64,000 nt of DNA from Phoronis australis (taxonomy: Eukaryota; Animalia; Phoronida): assembly GCA_002633005.1 (NCBI GenBank), contig NMRA01000513.1, positions 62,001-126,000 on the forward strand, read 5' to 3'. The notes beneath the pieces are model-generated. The model had not been told where the DNA came from. It ran no database searches and saw only the letters and a list, made by a program, of their open reading frames with translations. Made by a program: the position numbers and the translations under genes. How positions within the stretch are numbered: position 1 is the stretch's first letter; every line of letters begins with the position of its first letter. Positions 34,301-49,443 of the stretch are shown piece after piece.

Positions 34301-37300
34301 TTTCACAGTAAACACAATGGAATATTGCTGTGATTGGTTGTCCCAATTTTACCTAGTATATGTCGAACAATAAAAGCACGTAACTAGAGATCAGCTACTT
34401 AACATATTGTCAGTCAGAAAGCGTTTGTGGACGTTATAATTTGACAGCTGATCGACTGGTTGGGTCGTTGTTTTTTTCTTTTTTTGGGGGGGTTGGTGTT
34501 TTGGATATGAAATTATTGATTTGAAGCACTTTTAGGTACTCTTTCGTAAATTACAACCTTCGCAGTCCACGTTTCATCTCATCTCTTATATACCTCCCTA
34601 ATGCCAAATCCTCAAATGGCTTAAAACGTAAAACAATAATTCATACATACATTTACTTGTAATACATACTTGTATGACTTGCAAAATACATCGTCTTTTG
34701 TTACTTTTGAGACGAATTTCTACAAACTCTTTACAGCAGACTGCCTTGTATGTTAACTGAGAATTTCAACCCGGCAGGCTATATGCAAGGAAACCTACCT
34801 TAGGTTTGTATTTACTGTCAAACAGCCAAGTCATCAGCCAACAAAACTGCTTCTTTAAACCGATGTCAATAGTCTAGCGCAAATCTTCGTTTAAAGGTGA
34901 AATCGACGTTCGGAAATGTGATGCACGAATTGCTACACAATTCAAGTCAATCTAAGTCTTCCCTAACACCCCTACATGTCGCATCAATGGTGGATATAAA
35001 CAACTAATAGAGACAATGGAAAATGAAGGCATAATATGTGAACGTTGCACAATTACCTTAAATGATAATGTTCTAAAACCTAAGTGATTTGAAATGTTAT
35101 TACCCATGTATAAGCATACGGGTCAGTGCGTATGGTCAGGGTCGCATTCTTCCATTCAGCTCCCTGGTCTCCACGTTTCTCGAAAATTAACGATTTCTTC
35201 TCCTTGGAAAAAAGGACACGTTCGTTCATGTAGACACGCAAATCACCCATTCCTACGGTAAATGATAAAGGAAGGAATTATCCACTGGAATCTGCATTTG
35301 ACTACGCAGGTTAGTTATCACATTGGAATTGCCATTCGATTGTGTGCAGAACTGGTTGTTTGGCTGGTGTTTGCAAGTGAGGTGACAAGTTCACCAGCGC
35401 AACATTACATGTAGCGCCTTATCTTATGTTACACCAGTGGTATCGTGCCTAGACTCCAGCAGCCGATTTCATAAAGGTGGTTTAAAGTTAAACCAGGTTT
35501 AAACTGGACTTAGACCAGGTTTAATGATAATCTGCATTTCATAGAGGTGGTTTAACTTTTAGACCAGTGGTCTTGTAAAACCTGGTTTAACTCCAGTTTA
35601 GACCTGGTCTAAGTCAGTTTTCATTTCACCAACGAGGTCTATATTCTTTAGACCTGTGTTAACATCTTAAACCAAGTTTAACTCTAGACTTGGTCAGACC
35701 CAGGTTTAACTGTTAAATATGTCAGACTTGCATGGTATAGGTACAACTGAACGATGCCGCGGTGTGCAATTGCGACGCAGTTTTAGAGCGAAAATGGACT
35801 ATTTTCATTATTCAGGTTTACTGCGACACGAGGTCAAACGTAGCAGATGCGGATCCAGGATTTTTTAAAGGAGAGGGGACGGTCAAGGACTTTTTGAAAG
35901 GGGGGACCAAGTCAACAATTTGGAAATTATAGATTTGATATCATTAAAAGCAAGGGGAAAAGGGGGCTCCGGACCCCTTGACCCCCCTGGATCCGCATAT
36001 GTGTAGACCAGTACGTGCTGGAGTGTGTCCTGCGGATTCCTCAGAATACGACTGGTCGAGCAGGTCTCATCGTCGCAAGCCCTACGGATTTGACTTAAGA
36101 CAGCATCCCCTGATTCTTCTGACTGAGCTCCACCTCCACTGTTCTCCGATTCAATGTTGCCGGGAAGGGATCTTGCTCCCCCCTTTGGCCGCGAAAAATA
36201 AAAACTAAAATGACACGGAAATAAATTTGGGCATTTATCATGTTACATCTAATCGTGAGCATGTTCTTTAATGTGTGTGTGTTGGGCACACAAATTACAT
36301 TTTTCCTCATGAGAAAAGCTTTTAGACCTTTGTCGTAAATGTCTGCACTGATTCTACTGGTTTATGCCATTCTATACCCACGTGATCAAGGTTTCATTGA
36401 AGCACTTCAATAGTTTCTTTGTTGGGTTTACCCAGCTCGACACAGTTGGGTGCCTTTGATACGTTAAACCTGCTTCTACTGAACCAGCTCCGTGGTCTAG
36501 CAAAACTAAGCTTTCAGAATCTTAAACCATGTTGGTGAAATGCAAGTTAGGTCTAAAATTAGACCAGGTTTAGGAAGACCAGGTTTAAGTCTTAAACCTG
36601 GTTTTGTTAAACCACCTTTATGAAATCGGCTGCAGAGGTACAGTACCAGCCTTATTGAACACAGACCTATCTAAGCACCTGTTGTGTTCAGCAATCTTGC
36701 TTAAATGTACTACATGTCTGTTCCCAGAATTACGTCTTCGTTATTGTTTACGGACCCACGAAAAACAATATTTTATATTTGCAAACAAATTACGGAGCCG
36801 AACCTAAATATCTTAAAATAATCTTAAAATACATTCACCAATTTAGAACACAGGATCAGTTGCGTCACTCAAAAGATATCGATAAAATATAAACATTTCG
36901 AAACTTTTAGCCCAGTTGTGTTTGCCTTGTTTTCAATTCTTAAGGTTTTGTTTAACAGTGGGCGGTGTTGTCGCGGAAACCTCATTGCAGATACGCCTTG
37001 CTAATGAATTGAATTTTTTAATTTCTTTTAGCAAAGACTCAGGGACATGAATTTTCAATTGTGGTCGTCTTCACTTGCAAATACGGATAAATGTAATTTT
37101 TACCGTTCAACTAAATCTGGATTAACACGTGAAAAGTGTTTATGTGGTAGCCCGTCTTTAAATCAAGTATTTCCAACAGCAAATTTGAGGTGTTCGACGC
37201 ATCATCTTATGATTGAGTTGGGTAGAAGAAACAATGTTCCTCGACCAGAAAGAATTTGTAAAATTTGTAACACCTATGAAATTAAAACAGAGATACACTT

Positions 37301-40300
37301 TTATTTGATTGTCCTGTCCTTGCAGACCTACGCACATTTCTATTACCACAATGCATCGTTAGAAATAGAACCATTGAGGCACTCTTACGTTCAGATTCTG
37401 TGTATGTGTTAAGAAATACAGCATTATTCATTCAATAAGCAATGGCAAATAGAAGAGAAATTAAGAGTTTTTTGATGAATTGGCGCGTTTATACTGTTTG
37501 TATATTTTAATATACAAATTAAAATACATATTAAAATATGTTGAACTGTGGGCCAATGGCCCTATGCGTTTTGAAATAAACGCTTTGTTTGTTTGTTTCT
37601 TTGTTGTTGTTGTTTGAAACCTCATTGCATGTGGCGGCAATTGGATACCCATAATGCACGAGTCAGCTGTCACTCACTATGGCGGCCATTTTAAGTACTG
37701 ATGCACCACCAAAAATAAAAATTAAACTAAAATATTCATATTATTTTCAGTTATGTTTAAAAGTTATAGAGCTCGTTTGAATGAACATTTTTAGCTTAAC
37801 TTTCAATTAAACTAACTAGCGCTAAAATCTATTTCATGAATTTTCAACAAGAATGAAGTGACAAGACCACTCTAAATGCATTGCACAGGGTTACACTTCT
37901 CATGACCAAGCTCATGTCATACAATGTAGCTTACTAGTTCTTTCACACACTGCAATTTTCAATAGATGGAAAATGAAAAACATACCAGCTCCATTCATGT
38001 TGTAGGCAAACATCAAGGTACTGCAGCTTAAAACTGGCAAAAATTCCCGGCTATTCAACCTCGCTTTCATTCCTGTCGTCAATCCATTTGACGATCCCTC
38101 CGTGAAGGCAAAGTAGCCTACAGTAAATGAAATTACTAACTGAATTGAGTTATTGCTTTATGAGGACATACACACTGTAGTGATCTAAAACACGTCACCA
38201 ACACATACCTAGACCGGATCGAATCGACCACACGAATTATGTTTTTTCAACGGTTTGGTTCTTCGTGCGATTTTTTCAATTTTCAACTTCAATGAACGTT
38301 CATTAAGTATTATTAGATACACCATGCTGACTCTAAGAACACGTTAGACTGAGCACTCTGCTTTCGGTTAAAAGCACCCTTGTATGAATTGCAGGAAGCA
38401 ATCCACGTATAGAGCTTTACTGCGCTGAGAGGGCACAATTAAACACAACTTTCGCCTGACCCAATTTCTAATTCTGTTGTGCAGGACGGCCGAGATAACA
38501 GGAACCAAATGAAGTGTATGTGGCTTTTCGTTCACGGACATTTAACACGCTGGACATTTTTGAGTGAATTGTTTGAATATCGCGCGGCACAACACAAACT
38601 GATAAGAGACGTTGGAACGTATAGCACTGAACTACATGTACATGTAAATCCATCGACTACCCTATCGCCAACAAGGCCACAAGGCGTATATCGTCATGTA
38701 GTGATCGTGGGAAAAAGACTGTTTGAAAGTTTTGCATATGGGAACGAAGGCCTCTGAGAATAATTGGTTATGGCGGAGCCTGTGTATCTTACCATTGGAG
38801 GATGACGGTCCTGTTCCTGAAGAGGGGGTGCTCCCCCTTCCTCTCGACCAATCATAATCGTCCGTTTTGTCCTGTATCAATCCACAGAATCCACGCTCAA
38901 AGTCACACTGTACAGGATCTGGCAAAAATGGTTTATTCATTTTCAGCAGTCGTATCTCATACTGTACACCAACGAATATGTGAACTACTGCAACACTTAC
39001 GCGCATTTTTTCAAATACCAAACGCGAGCCCTTACTACTTTGAAATCAGATGACGTTTGACTTCTGCTCTTGAAATTATTTGAAATCGATTAGAAACCAA
39101 GTTTTATTTAGACCACGTACCAATGTGAAATGGGTGTCTATTTATTCCTAAGTCAAGGCAGGATTAAATGTTGGGCTTGGAACGAAAACGGATCGTTACT
39201 GCTTGAGACTAGGCTGTACAATTTGGCTTGCCACAATCTGTCGTTTTATTCTTTGTCGTTTTTTTTTTGCAAGACCACTTCTCAACTGAACAAGTTAAGA
39301 ACAATTCTGTAGCGGTGAGTGGTCGTCTAAATCAATGAAATTAGTTTCTTTGACCAACTGGGGGTTTATTAACGTCTTAAACAGATACAACACCCTGCTC
39401 TGTGCTGTGTAACACAAGAGCATAGACAATTTTTACGCACGAACCGCGGAGTAGAAATGTTTGTAAACAATTAACAGAGATTTTGGTGAATGTTGTCAAA
39501 CAGCAAAACGAGGCTTAGATAGAAGTTTGACGGCCGCAAGCTTTGTAACTAAAGCAAATTCAGTATTGAGCCTACACTTACAACTTGTTAGGTGAAATAG
39601 AACCAATGAGACTGTTCGCCTACATTTTCGCTGTGTTGTACTTACCCATGCAGCGGACGTCAGTGCCGCTCCAACGGCCGTCAGATTGGCACGTGCGCAG
39701 AGTGGATCCACTTTCGATTCCGTATTGACACGTGAACTCAACTCTAGATTGGTAGATGGTTTCCTTGCCGAATTTTTTGCCAAACGATGGCGTTTCAAGC
39801 GGACCACAATCTTGAACTGTCGGGAAACACAGAAAGATACGTAGCAAAACTAAGATATGTCAGATTTCTTTGTTTTAGCTCAAAATAATTAAACTAGATA
39901 TTTGAATTAAATCGCCTCCTTGTTCTTAGTCTGGTGGTTATTCCTTCATTTAGAGACCAGCCGTGAAATCGCGACCATTGGGCACACAAAATTTAACATG
40001 TTGCTTTCTTGAATTAAGCCTAATACCGCGGTGGGTCACTCATATTGACAAGGTGCCAAAAATTGCGGGAAGGCGATATTTTTCAGTTTTGCTGGGCCTT
40101 CTCGGTGTCCAGTAAGCCCCTAAATTTCCACTTCTTCTCCGCACAAGACCCACTACAATAGCCTGAGCCCCGCAAGAGGCGCAAGGCAGAAAAATGTACC
40201 CCACCAAAAGGGGGTGGGAATTATCAGACCTGGCACCCGCAATAGGGGGTCTCTCAGCAATTTCGGTACACGTCTGCGGGAACCTTATCAATACGAGTGT

Positions 40301-43300
40301 CAACTGTCTAAAACGACCAAAATAAAATGTTACAATGCTGTCAAAATTAGTTAGTTTAGTGCTTACCTATAAATTTTAAGATATTCTGAAAATCTTACAT
40401 AAACACAGTCAAGGATAAACGCTTATGTAGACTTTTATAGCATTGTGTACGTTTTGTACACCTTTAAAACTTCCAAAGTGAAAGCTTTTTATAGCGATTT
40501 TCATTTAACACACGGGAAAGTCATCACTCCTTGTTAGGAAAACTGATCATGACAAGGTCTCCCACCCGAATGGCATCTTTCCTCATACCGTCGTACATAC
40601 ATGTACATGTACAAAGCACTTTCAAAGAAAATACTGATTGGTTACATAGAGAAAGCTCACTTGAGGTACAAATTGTTTATTTTTTCATCATTTTCGTTAC
40701 CCAGTCCATCAGTCGTTAATCCCCTGTAGCCAATAACAAGACCACGCAAGTCTTCACGAGGTATCGCCATGCATTGTACAAACGAATCACGTGACCATAG
40801 TGACCTTCCTCGAGGTTGTCTTAAGTCTTTGTAACGCAGCCATTGCTGATATTTGCAGCTAATTCGATTGCATTACAAACCTCCCATGCCCTTTCACTTG
40901 CGCTTAATCATTTTCAGTGCCAGCCAACAGTACCGTTTTGTGCCACAAACCTCCTACACCATAGCGCTTTCTCGAATCACTTACATGTACCTTAGCCCTT
41001 AAATGTCGATATTAAGATAACGCTGAATTAGTATATGTTAGTTTTAATGTTTTAAATCTCCCCAAGATGTTGCAGTCTGCATCAGTGTACCTCAGTGCCC
41101 ATGTGTTTTTATAAGTCCTTAAAGATGTACTACACAGCTACAATATGTTTTAGGGCACAAGACGTATTTAAGGTACTATTGTTAGTCAAGAAGCAATCTT
41201 GAAGTTATCACTTTGGCAAGAGAACTGTTGTGTTTGGGGGATTTTATTGGAGATATTCGTTTCCCGGCGTTGGCGTCCAGGAACTCGCCAGAATACACCA
41301 AACAAAAGCCGGTGGCCTTCTAAATCAAATGTGCTTAAATATACCGGTACGTCTCACGTTGACTTTTAGCTATACTAGCAATTCGAACTCTGTTCTCTGA
41401 GGCAATTAGCTCAAATCCGTCTCTACACAACAATGTCGCCGACAGTGACAATCTAAAGTTGGATTTTGTCTTAATTAGCAAGCTGTAAAAGAAAATTGAA
41501 TTAGGCAATTTAATCTCATAAATCCGCCTCCCGTTTAGTAACGCTAGGACCTCACTAAAAAGCAAGACTTCGCGAGATTACGTTAGATATTGCCGTCACG
41601 GTGTATTTTAAATGAGCTCACGAGACTTTGGCTAGATATTAACTAGGTCCTAGCGTAGGTCCTAGCATTACAGAACGCATGCCCTGTCTCATAATCCTCT
41701 TTAGTGTGATAGGAATCTTTTTCGTTTCCAAATTTAGTCAAAAACAAGGCGCATACGCGTCATTTCCGGCTTCGAATGTTTAAGGTTGGCCAAAGCCAGT
41801 GAATTCTGGAGGGTTTTATTGAGTTTCAATGTTCTTGTTGGTAACAGAAAAATTTCAGGACGTTAAGGAATTTTATGAGACCAATTTCAGGCTAATAGTC
41901 GGGTTTCGGTTTGAGGCAGCTAGTCCTAGATCAAAACGGCGTTGCACATTGACTACAACGCTTTGGTACAGCACATGTAGGTTCTTACAATGAATGATTC
42001 AACTAAAAACGCTGCCGTCGAAGCCTTGTCTTGTCGCATTACGAACGCAACAAACACCACCTGGTCATTGCAAGCCCCAAAACTTCCACTGTGCAAAATA
42101 TTACTACTCAAACTTATGCGTGTTTCGGTTTCACTGAGGATGAAATTATTGCGATTGCTTAGTACCACGTGACGGAGGCTATATTCCATGTGTACACGAA
42201 GGTTGTTAATGCTAAACACCCACACTTCGAAAACAGTAAATAAACCGAGCGCAAGTCGATCAAGAGGTATACGGGGTACAGCAGCATTTGAGAAATGTTT
42301 GTTGCCAAAGTTGTTGCAGTCCTTTTAGCCCGTCAGCCACTCGTTTTACAAAGATGTTAAGACGGATCGAACATTCTTGTGGATAACGAGTTTCGTCTTA
42401 TGACAGAGCATACAGTGTAAGCCGCATGCACTCAAATGGTAATAGTTTGGTTGCTTTATCACTCACTTGAAATCGGACATTTTTTGCTTGCTTGAAGGAC
42501 GACTCCCTTACACCCAAGGGGGGCCGAGTTAGCTTCACATTATGAGTTCTTGGTTCAGAAAACGAGGCTGACTCCTAATCGCCTTACCTGTGCAATTAAC
42601 ATCTACCCCAGTCCATGTAGAATTCGCCTGACAAGTTCTAATCTGGTCACCAGTCAAACGGTAACCTGTATTACACTGGTGGGTAATTCGACTACCGTAA
42701 GTGAACGTGTTGGAGCTAAGCCTTCCGTTGTCTGGCGTGATCAATTTTGGACAATGTCGAACTGAAAAGGAGAAACACTTTTAATAATTCACTCTGAATT
42801 AAAGCTGCATTTCATCGCTGATTAGTTGCCAATGTTGAACTCTTAACCGAAGCGCTTTGGGTTTAAAAATTTTATGAAGCTCATCCGACCCTGGCTTATT
42901 GTCGAATGAGTCGGCAACGCAAGTCGCAGGAACCATCGTTGGCCAAACGATAAACGTTACCCCGTTAAATTACGTGAATAAGTTAATTCATATAAGAGTC
43001 GTAAAATAATTATTTGTGCCGTAAAGTAATTACTTTACGCCTCAATCAACTACTTGACGTGGTAAATAATTATTTTGAACACCTAACATTAAACTTAAGC
43101 ACGGGATTTAACGGCGTAACATTCACTCATTTGGCCAACGATAGGAAACGTGTACATACATGTACGGCAGTTTCGAATTTTACAATTTTAGGGTCAGCAT
43201 ACTCGACTAAACTCTGAAGCGTTTTCTTGGGTCGCTGATGGTTTCGATGTTCTTGTAGAGGATACCCTATCACCGTAAAGGTTAGAATGCGGTCAATGAG

Positions 43301-46300
43301 AGCTGGAACATTGTCGAATGATATTTTCATTTTAGCCATCCAAACAGGGTGAAATGCAGTTTTTCAAATGTTTAGTGTTATTGTATACTGTATAAGACAG
43401 ATCTGAACAAGTTCCATCTATGTGTTGAGCGGCCCTCAATATATATACCGGTGTACATGAATTCTAATTGCAAGTGACCTTCGTCTTTACAGACATGAAG
43501 ATCCATTACTTGTGTCACGGGGTTCGCGTTTCACAAATGAAACAATAATAAGTCCAGTGACTGCAGTTCAATCATATATTGTAATTGTAGCAACGGTACA
43601 GCCACACTTCACAAACTCCAATCAAAGACTGACTCAAATAGTGGCCGGTTGCATTAAACAGTCCCAACTAGGGACTCAGTTAAGGTCCCTAAATCGTTTT
43701 GCGTATTTGTGTGTTTCTTGACTCATATTCAATATTTTTCTATCGTATCATCTTTATTATGAGCTCTTCTTCGATTAATGACATTTTCTAATAATATAAC
43801 TAAAAACTGAGCCCAGAGTTCATTGAAAATAAATAGGAACTTAGTCCATAAAATGAGGGTGTTGCATGAAAAGATCCCTAATTATTTTCGATGATTTTGA
43901 CAATTCAACGTAGAGTTCACTCTCGATTTGTATCACAATCAAAAGTTGACTTAGTGATGAAACTAAAACAATACAAGTAAGAGGGTAATTGATGTTTTCA
44001 CAAGTCCAAAAATACGCAGTAGATTTAGGGAACTTTAATTGTTGAGTCCCTATTTCTTGCAATCAGGCACTGAGAACACGCATGGACATTGGATATCAAT
44101 GACTAGCCAGCAAATAGCCTCAGGTAGACGTCACGCAACCTCAGATTCAGTTGGCACGGCTCAGGCAAGACATTTCACCATGTATTTAAAGTGCTCTCGA
44201 AATCGAGGCTGCTTAATCTATCATCACCAGTACACGTGCGCCCTCTAGTCAATGTAAATTTTCCAAATAGCCCAATTGAAATTTTATTTTCTCACAGTTT
44301 CTCCCGGAAAGTCATGTACGTAGCTTTAACATTAATTTTCTTATCATGATATTTGGCGACACTGAGTGAAAAGCCGATAACAATAACAACTTCATCGTCA
44401 GGCTGTCCCGCGACATTTGTATGTGATGTTTTGTTTGCTGTCATGATTATATCAGAAGAGTAGCACCGATTATTGAATACCATGAATGGCCTCCTCGATT
44501 TCATACATTTACGAAATCTACATGTACTCACTGTTGCAGGCAGGTGTGTTGTGACTCCAACCGTCTTTCATACAGGTGGCGTTGGAAGCGCCCACTAGGT
44601 CGTACCCGTATGCACAGGAAAAAGTAGCCGTGTCGCCGATGAACAGTCCTGTGTATGTGACCTGGCCATTTGTTGGATTTATTGCCTTAGAACACGGCGA
44701 AACTGTGGACGATTGAATACATCTTCATAATTAACGTGCAATGCAATATGAATAAATACAGGGGAATAAAGAAGAAGGAGTATATAATCAGAGGCCAATT
44801 ATACGGAAAAGAAGAAAAAAATTGTGCCGACAGTGAGACACTACGACATCAATACATGCAACATGATTTGATACTCCTCAGAGATTGCTTTCTAAAAATC
44901 AATGAATTAATGTCTCACCTGACCACCTCAGGTAAAAGCCTCTCTCTGTCCCTGACTTGTCAGAGGTCCAGGTCAAACTAAATCTGTCCATCTGCAGTGG
45001 GATCACTGGGGGAACGCGATCTGATAAGGAGGCAAGAACGGTGGACGATTTGTATTGCTGAAAATTGTAAACACATCAATACAGCCACATTGCATACTTA
45101 AAACTGCATTAAAGTGCTGGAGAAAACAAAAAGCAAAACCAGAGTACCAAAATTGGGTTTTGAAAATTTCTTTACTTAAGATAGGGCTTTATATCGCTGG
45201 CATGGTGAACATCAAGACAGCGCCTTTCGGAACTTGATCGCTTCGGTATGGAGAGTTCATCTACAGTCCTGACGTCACTTTTCATACGCATGAAGGGGTG
45301 ATTGTCGGCAAACACCACCACAAATATCGGCGACTTATATACAACATGACGGGAAACAGCGCGTGTCACAAAAGACCTTTGGGAGAAGTCTCACGTTTTT
45401 CATCGGGAGGCAGAAAGTAGAGTGGGACTCGTAAAAAGACATAATGCTCTGTACAGGTAATCCAGCGGAAATTGGAGATTTGAGTGAGATCCATGGCAAG
45501 TGTGCCCTGAGTACATGTACATGTATGTTTGAGAAAATCGACCTCAACCTAAATTACAACCTATTCCTATAATAGAGATTCGGTTGCAAGGAAAAATAGT
45601 TTTCTAACGGTAGACCATTTTCGGACTTCTTGGAGGCAGATTATCTCCCCAACACTCTTGTTGAGACATTTGCCGAGGTCACAACATATTCTTGTGCACG
45701 TTATGGTGTCCCGAGATTCTCCTTTTGGACAATGGTCCTCAATTTATAAGTGTGAACCCTGGGCACATTATGATACAGAACACCTTACTTCGCCCCTTGC
45801 TGGCCTCAAGGAATGCTAAGGTTGAGGTCTGGACCAGGGTTGTGAAATTTTTGTTGAAAAAATCACAAGATCTTATCCTGATATTGGAAAACGGAAACTT
45901 TCACGAAGAGGGACACAATGCTCACCATACCAGCGATGGTTAAGACAAAGATCTAGAACGGTTTTATCTACATGCACTGTACATGCATGGCAGTGGAACA
46001 AAAAACTTTCTTGTTCTGTTTCTTCCTCGGTTGTCCGTTCGGATATTAGTCCGAAATGATTGAAAGTTCATAATGGTATGGATAAATGTATTGCCTCCAG
46101 ACAGAAGTTTTGTCTAACACTCCCCAAAACTGTTTCTCAAAAATAACTAAATTTCACTTGTGGAAGTCTCTGAGTACATACGCAGCGCAAGTATGCGAGG
46201 ACGGTCCGGATGGGACAGCAAGGCAGTTGGACAATGTAGACAGATATTTCAGCCAGGGAGCTTAAGCGGAGAGACCTTATGGGAATGGAACCAACGCGAC

Positions 46301-48242
46301 TGTGTTTTCTGCTTAGAACTGTAGACGACATTTTGCCAACACCCACAAAACTGATGACCTCGGGGAAGGTGACTGACCCTCAGTGTCGTAAGAGCGGCAG
46401 GTGAAGAAAATTGGAGCGCATCCTTTCGTCGTGCAATTCCTCCCTTGCAAATGGAAATTAAGTTCACCTGGAGCACTACCAAGTGTTACGAGTCATCGCA
46501 AGATACCTGGAGGAAATTAGGGACACCTCCAAACTGTTTAGCACAACACGCTCATTCGTAGAATTCTACAGACCTGGAGAGAAACTAAAATGCACCTGAT
46601 CATAATAGCTTAACTCGCTAAGTTCTTGCTTCCACGGAACGCAGACCAGGGTTAGACCCTCTACAAGCTTCCAGAGACGCCACCGGATGTTTACGAGCCG
46701 ACAACCGCCGACAACGCATTTGAGAAACGACCATCAGTACCGCTGGAGAGTGTTTCCCAAAGGTGAAATCTCCCAAAATTCGTCTGATTGTTGAAATCAA
46801 TGCCAACATGCCAAGCACACCTTAAATTTTTTGCAGGTTATCGATAAGTCTGTGCACTTAGTTCTTTGTAGAATTTAAGCGAGTAAAGTAAAAAATACAC
46901 GCGGAAAGCAGAAGGTTTGTAAAACTTTATCTTTGACTGACTCTACAACAGCCTGTCATAAATTGGGTCACGTGACCATGTCTTCTTCAAGTGAATCCGA
47001 TGAGTCATTTCTGGGATATGTTGCTCAAAACTTAGTCAACTTTGAACACCGTCCTTAGGCCTGGCCACACCCGACTTTAGGTACATTTTGACACGCCTTA
47101 TAAATCTGTTTTCTCACGTTGAATTTAAAAGTGTATGTAGCTCAAACTTTAGAGATTCAATAAGTCGGCGAGAATTTTAGGTGGTTAAGAAACATCATTC
47201 CGTATTTCAATTTGGTTGAAATGTAGGCAGACCTTTCATTTTGTAACAGCGACATAGGCTTTTTGAGCTTATTCATGCGAGTAAATTTTGCACCCGTAAG
47301 CCGAAACTATGTGGCAGCTGTTTACGAAAACTCAACTAAAATATGGTAAAACAGGCTGGCCGAGGAAGGTTCCAGTGTGATATTTGAGCCTCCGCCCGAA
47401 AGACTGCAGTCAGTTTATTCGTTGCTCAGTGGATCACCAACACCGTGGTTGGATTTTTCGTTCATTAGCGTACTAGTCACTTCGACTCATTAATTGCAAC
47501 CAGCACTCACCCTTATATCCAGCTTATCGTACAAGTATTCCGAGTCAAAGTATTTGAACTCCAAGCTTATTGTGTGCCCGGGGATACCCTGTATGTTCCA
47601 GGAGCAGGTTTGACTGTTCTTGTACATGCCGGGTGACCCGGGACTCAGGATTAAGCCACTTTTACCGCTGACGTCCAGCTCAGTCGGACAGGAGGCTGCA
47701 TACATAACGGAAAAACAAAATTAGGGAGATTTAACGAGATTGCATATAGCGTTCTGGTTTAAGTATTGAAGTCACAGACGCTTTTTTGAATAATCGCGGA
47801 GCAGTGTTAGAGATATTCACTGCAGTAAATCCACCTCCCCGTTGTTTACAGTCTGAGAGTCATTGTATTCTGAATCATCGACTAGAAAAAGAAACAATAT
47901 AATAGGAACCTACTGGACCGCGTCAATTCACAAAACTCCATTTGTAGATTCAAAATCATGAAAACATGCAGATGGTTAGAGACTATACGGATTTATCACT
48001 GGTAGGGAATGCTTCAACATACACGCTTCTAACGGTAAATCAAACACTTTCCTCTGCGGCGAGTACCAATAAAACACTTCAAGAATCCCGTGTCGGATTG
48101 TTCCCAGTTACTCTCGAAAAACCCTAAATCGCCTCCGTTGCAGTACTTATCCAGTGCATACAAACACCCATACACGCACGCGCACACACACAGTAACGCA
48201 TACGCATGCACGCACGTATGTACACACACACGCGGGCGCGCA

Positions 48243-48297
<55 letters not shown>

Positions 48298-49398
48298 AGT
48301 CTATACCTACACGTAGCTCAATATTAATAGTGAACCGTGCCCAACTGAGATGGCATGACAATACTGCACATGAATGGTCACTTTATGTTTGTGGTGAATT
48401 AAAAAATTGGTAGTTGCCCTTCAAACCAAGTATAGTTTTCTGAGCAAGTTGGGATATTGACGTTTCACCTGTCTTCAATGAACCTAGACACTTTACTTAG
48501 ATCACTTTAGGAAAGCATGTTGACTCTTGAAAATTGTTCGAGTACACCGGTAGACTCACTGCAATTACTCGTGCACTCCTCGGCCCTCGACTCATAGTGT
48601 GACTACTACGTTGCGACATGTACTGCGTTTTCATTGGATAATGAGAAAATCTTCAGCTTTTTGTGTTTGACAGAATAAACAATTTTAGTTCTGAATTAAG
48701 ATGAACCAATTATCCATCTAGATTTCCGTAATTTTATTGAGTTGGGACGGTATATCGTAGCATGGTAAATCGTCATCGAATTGTTCCTATTTTGTTCAAA
48801 GTTGTGTGTTTTGGGCTTATCGAAAGTGCCTGCGGTTTAATTGCACCTTAAGAGACCTGCGTCTTGTCATATTGCTCATGGTCACATCCTAGTTGCGAAA
48901 ACTCTTTGCCAGTCACTCACTCCAGTGACAAGTATAGATAACAATTAAAGCACAAAATAAAGTTCGTCAGTAACGATGGCGTTTTATTATGCCCACAAAG
49001 CTACCATCACCATAGAAAACAATACTCCTGTGACCATCTTCACATTTCGGTACGTACCTTCGCAATATGCTCTGTTAAAAGCATAGTTCCAAGAACCATC
49101 CGGCAAACAGTAATAGGTAACGACCTTTTTGTCTTGGCCCAAAAACGAGAGTCCTTCGGAACAGTTGTATGTGACTTTATTCCGGTATGCAGGTTTATCC
49201 CAGGTCATGATTCCGCTGGTCACAGGCAAGGGAGGTGAGCAGTGTTCTAAACAAACATCAACAACTGTGACGATTATGAACATCCCGTGTTGTGACTGAC
49301 AACTTTAGGTTTTTCTTTAATTACACAACTGGGACCGGATATCGCTACTGGAGTTACACATCATGAGCATTTCCATCAAACTAATATATGTATTACCG

Positions 49399-49443
<45 letters not shown>

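Noticed and set aside
48029-48361. CV/TH-repeat ORFs (also 22330-22763)
   Set aside because: These are translations of (CA)n microsatellites; only 22586-22695 is a real exon.
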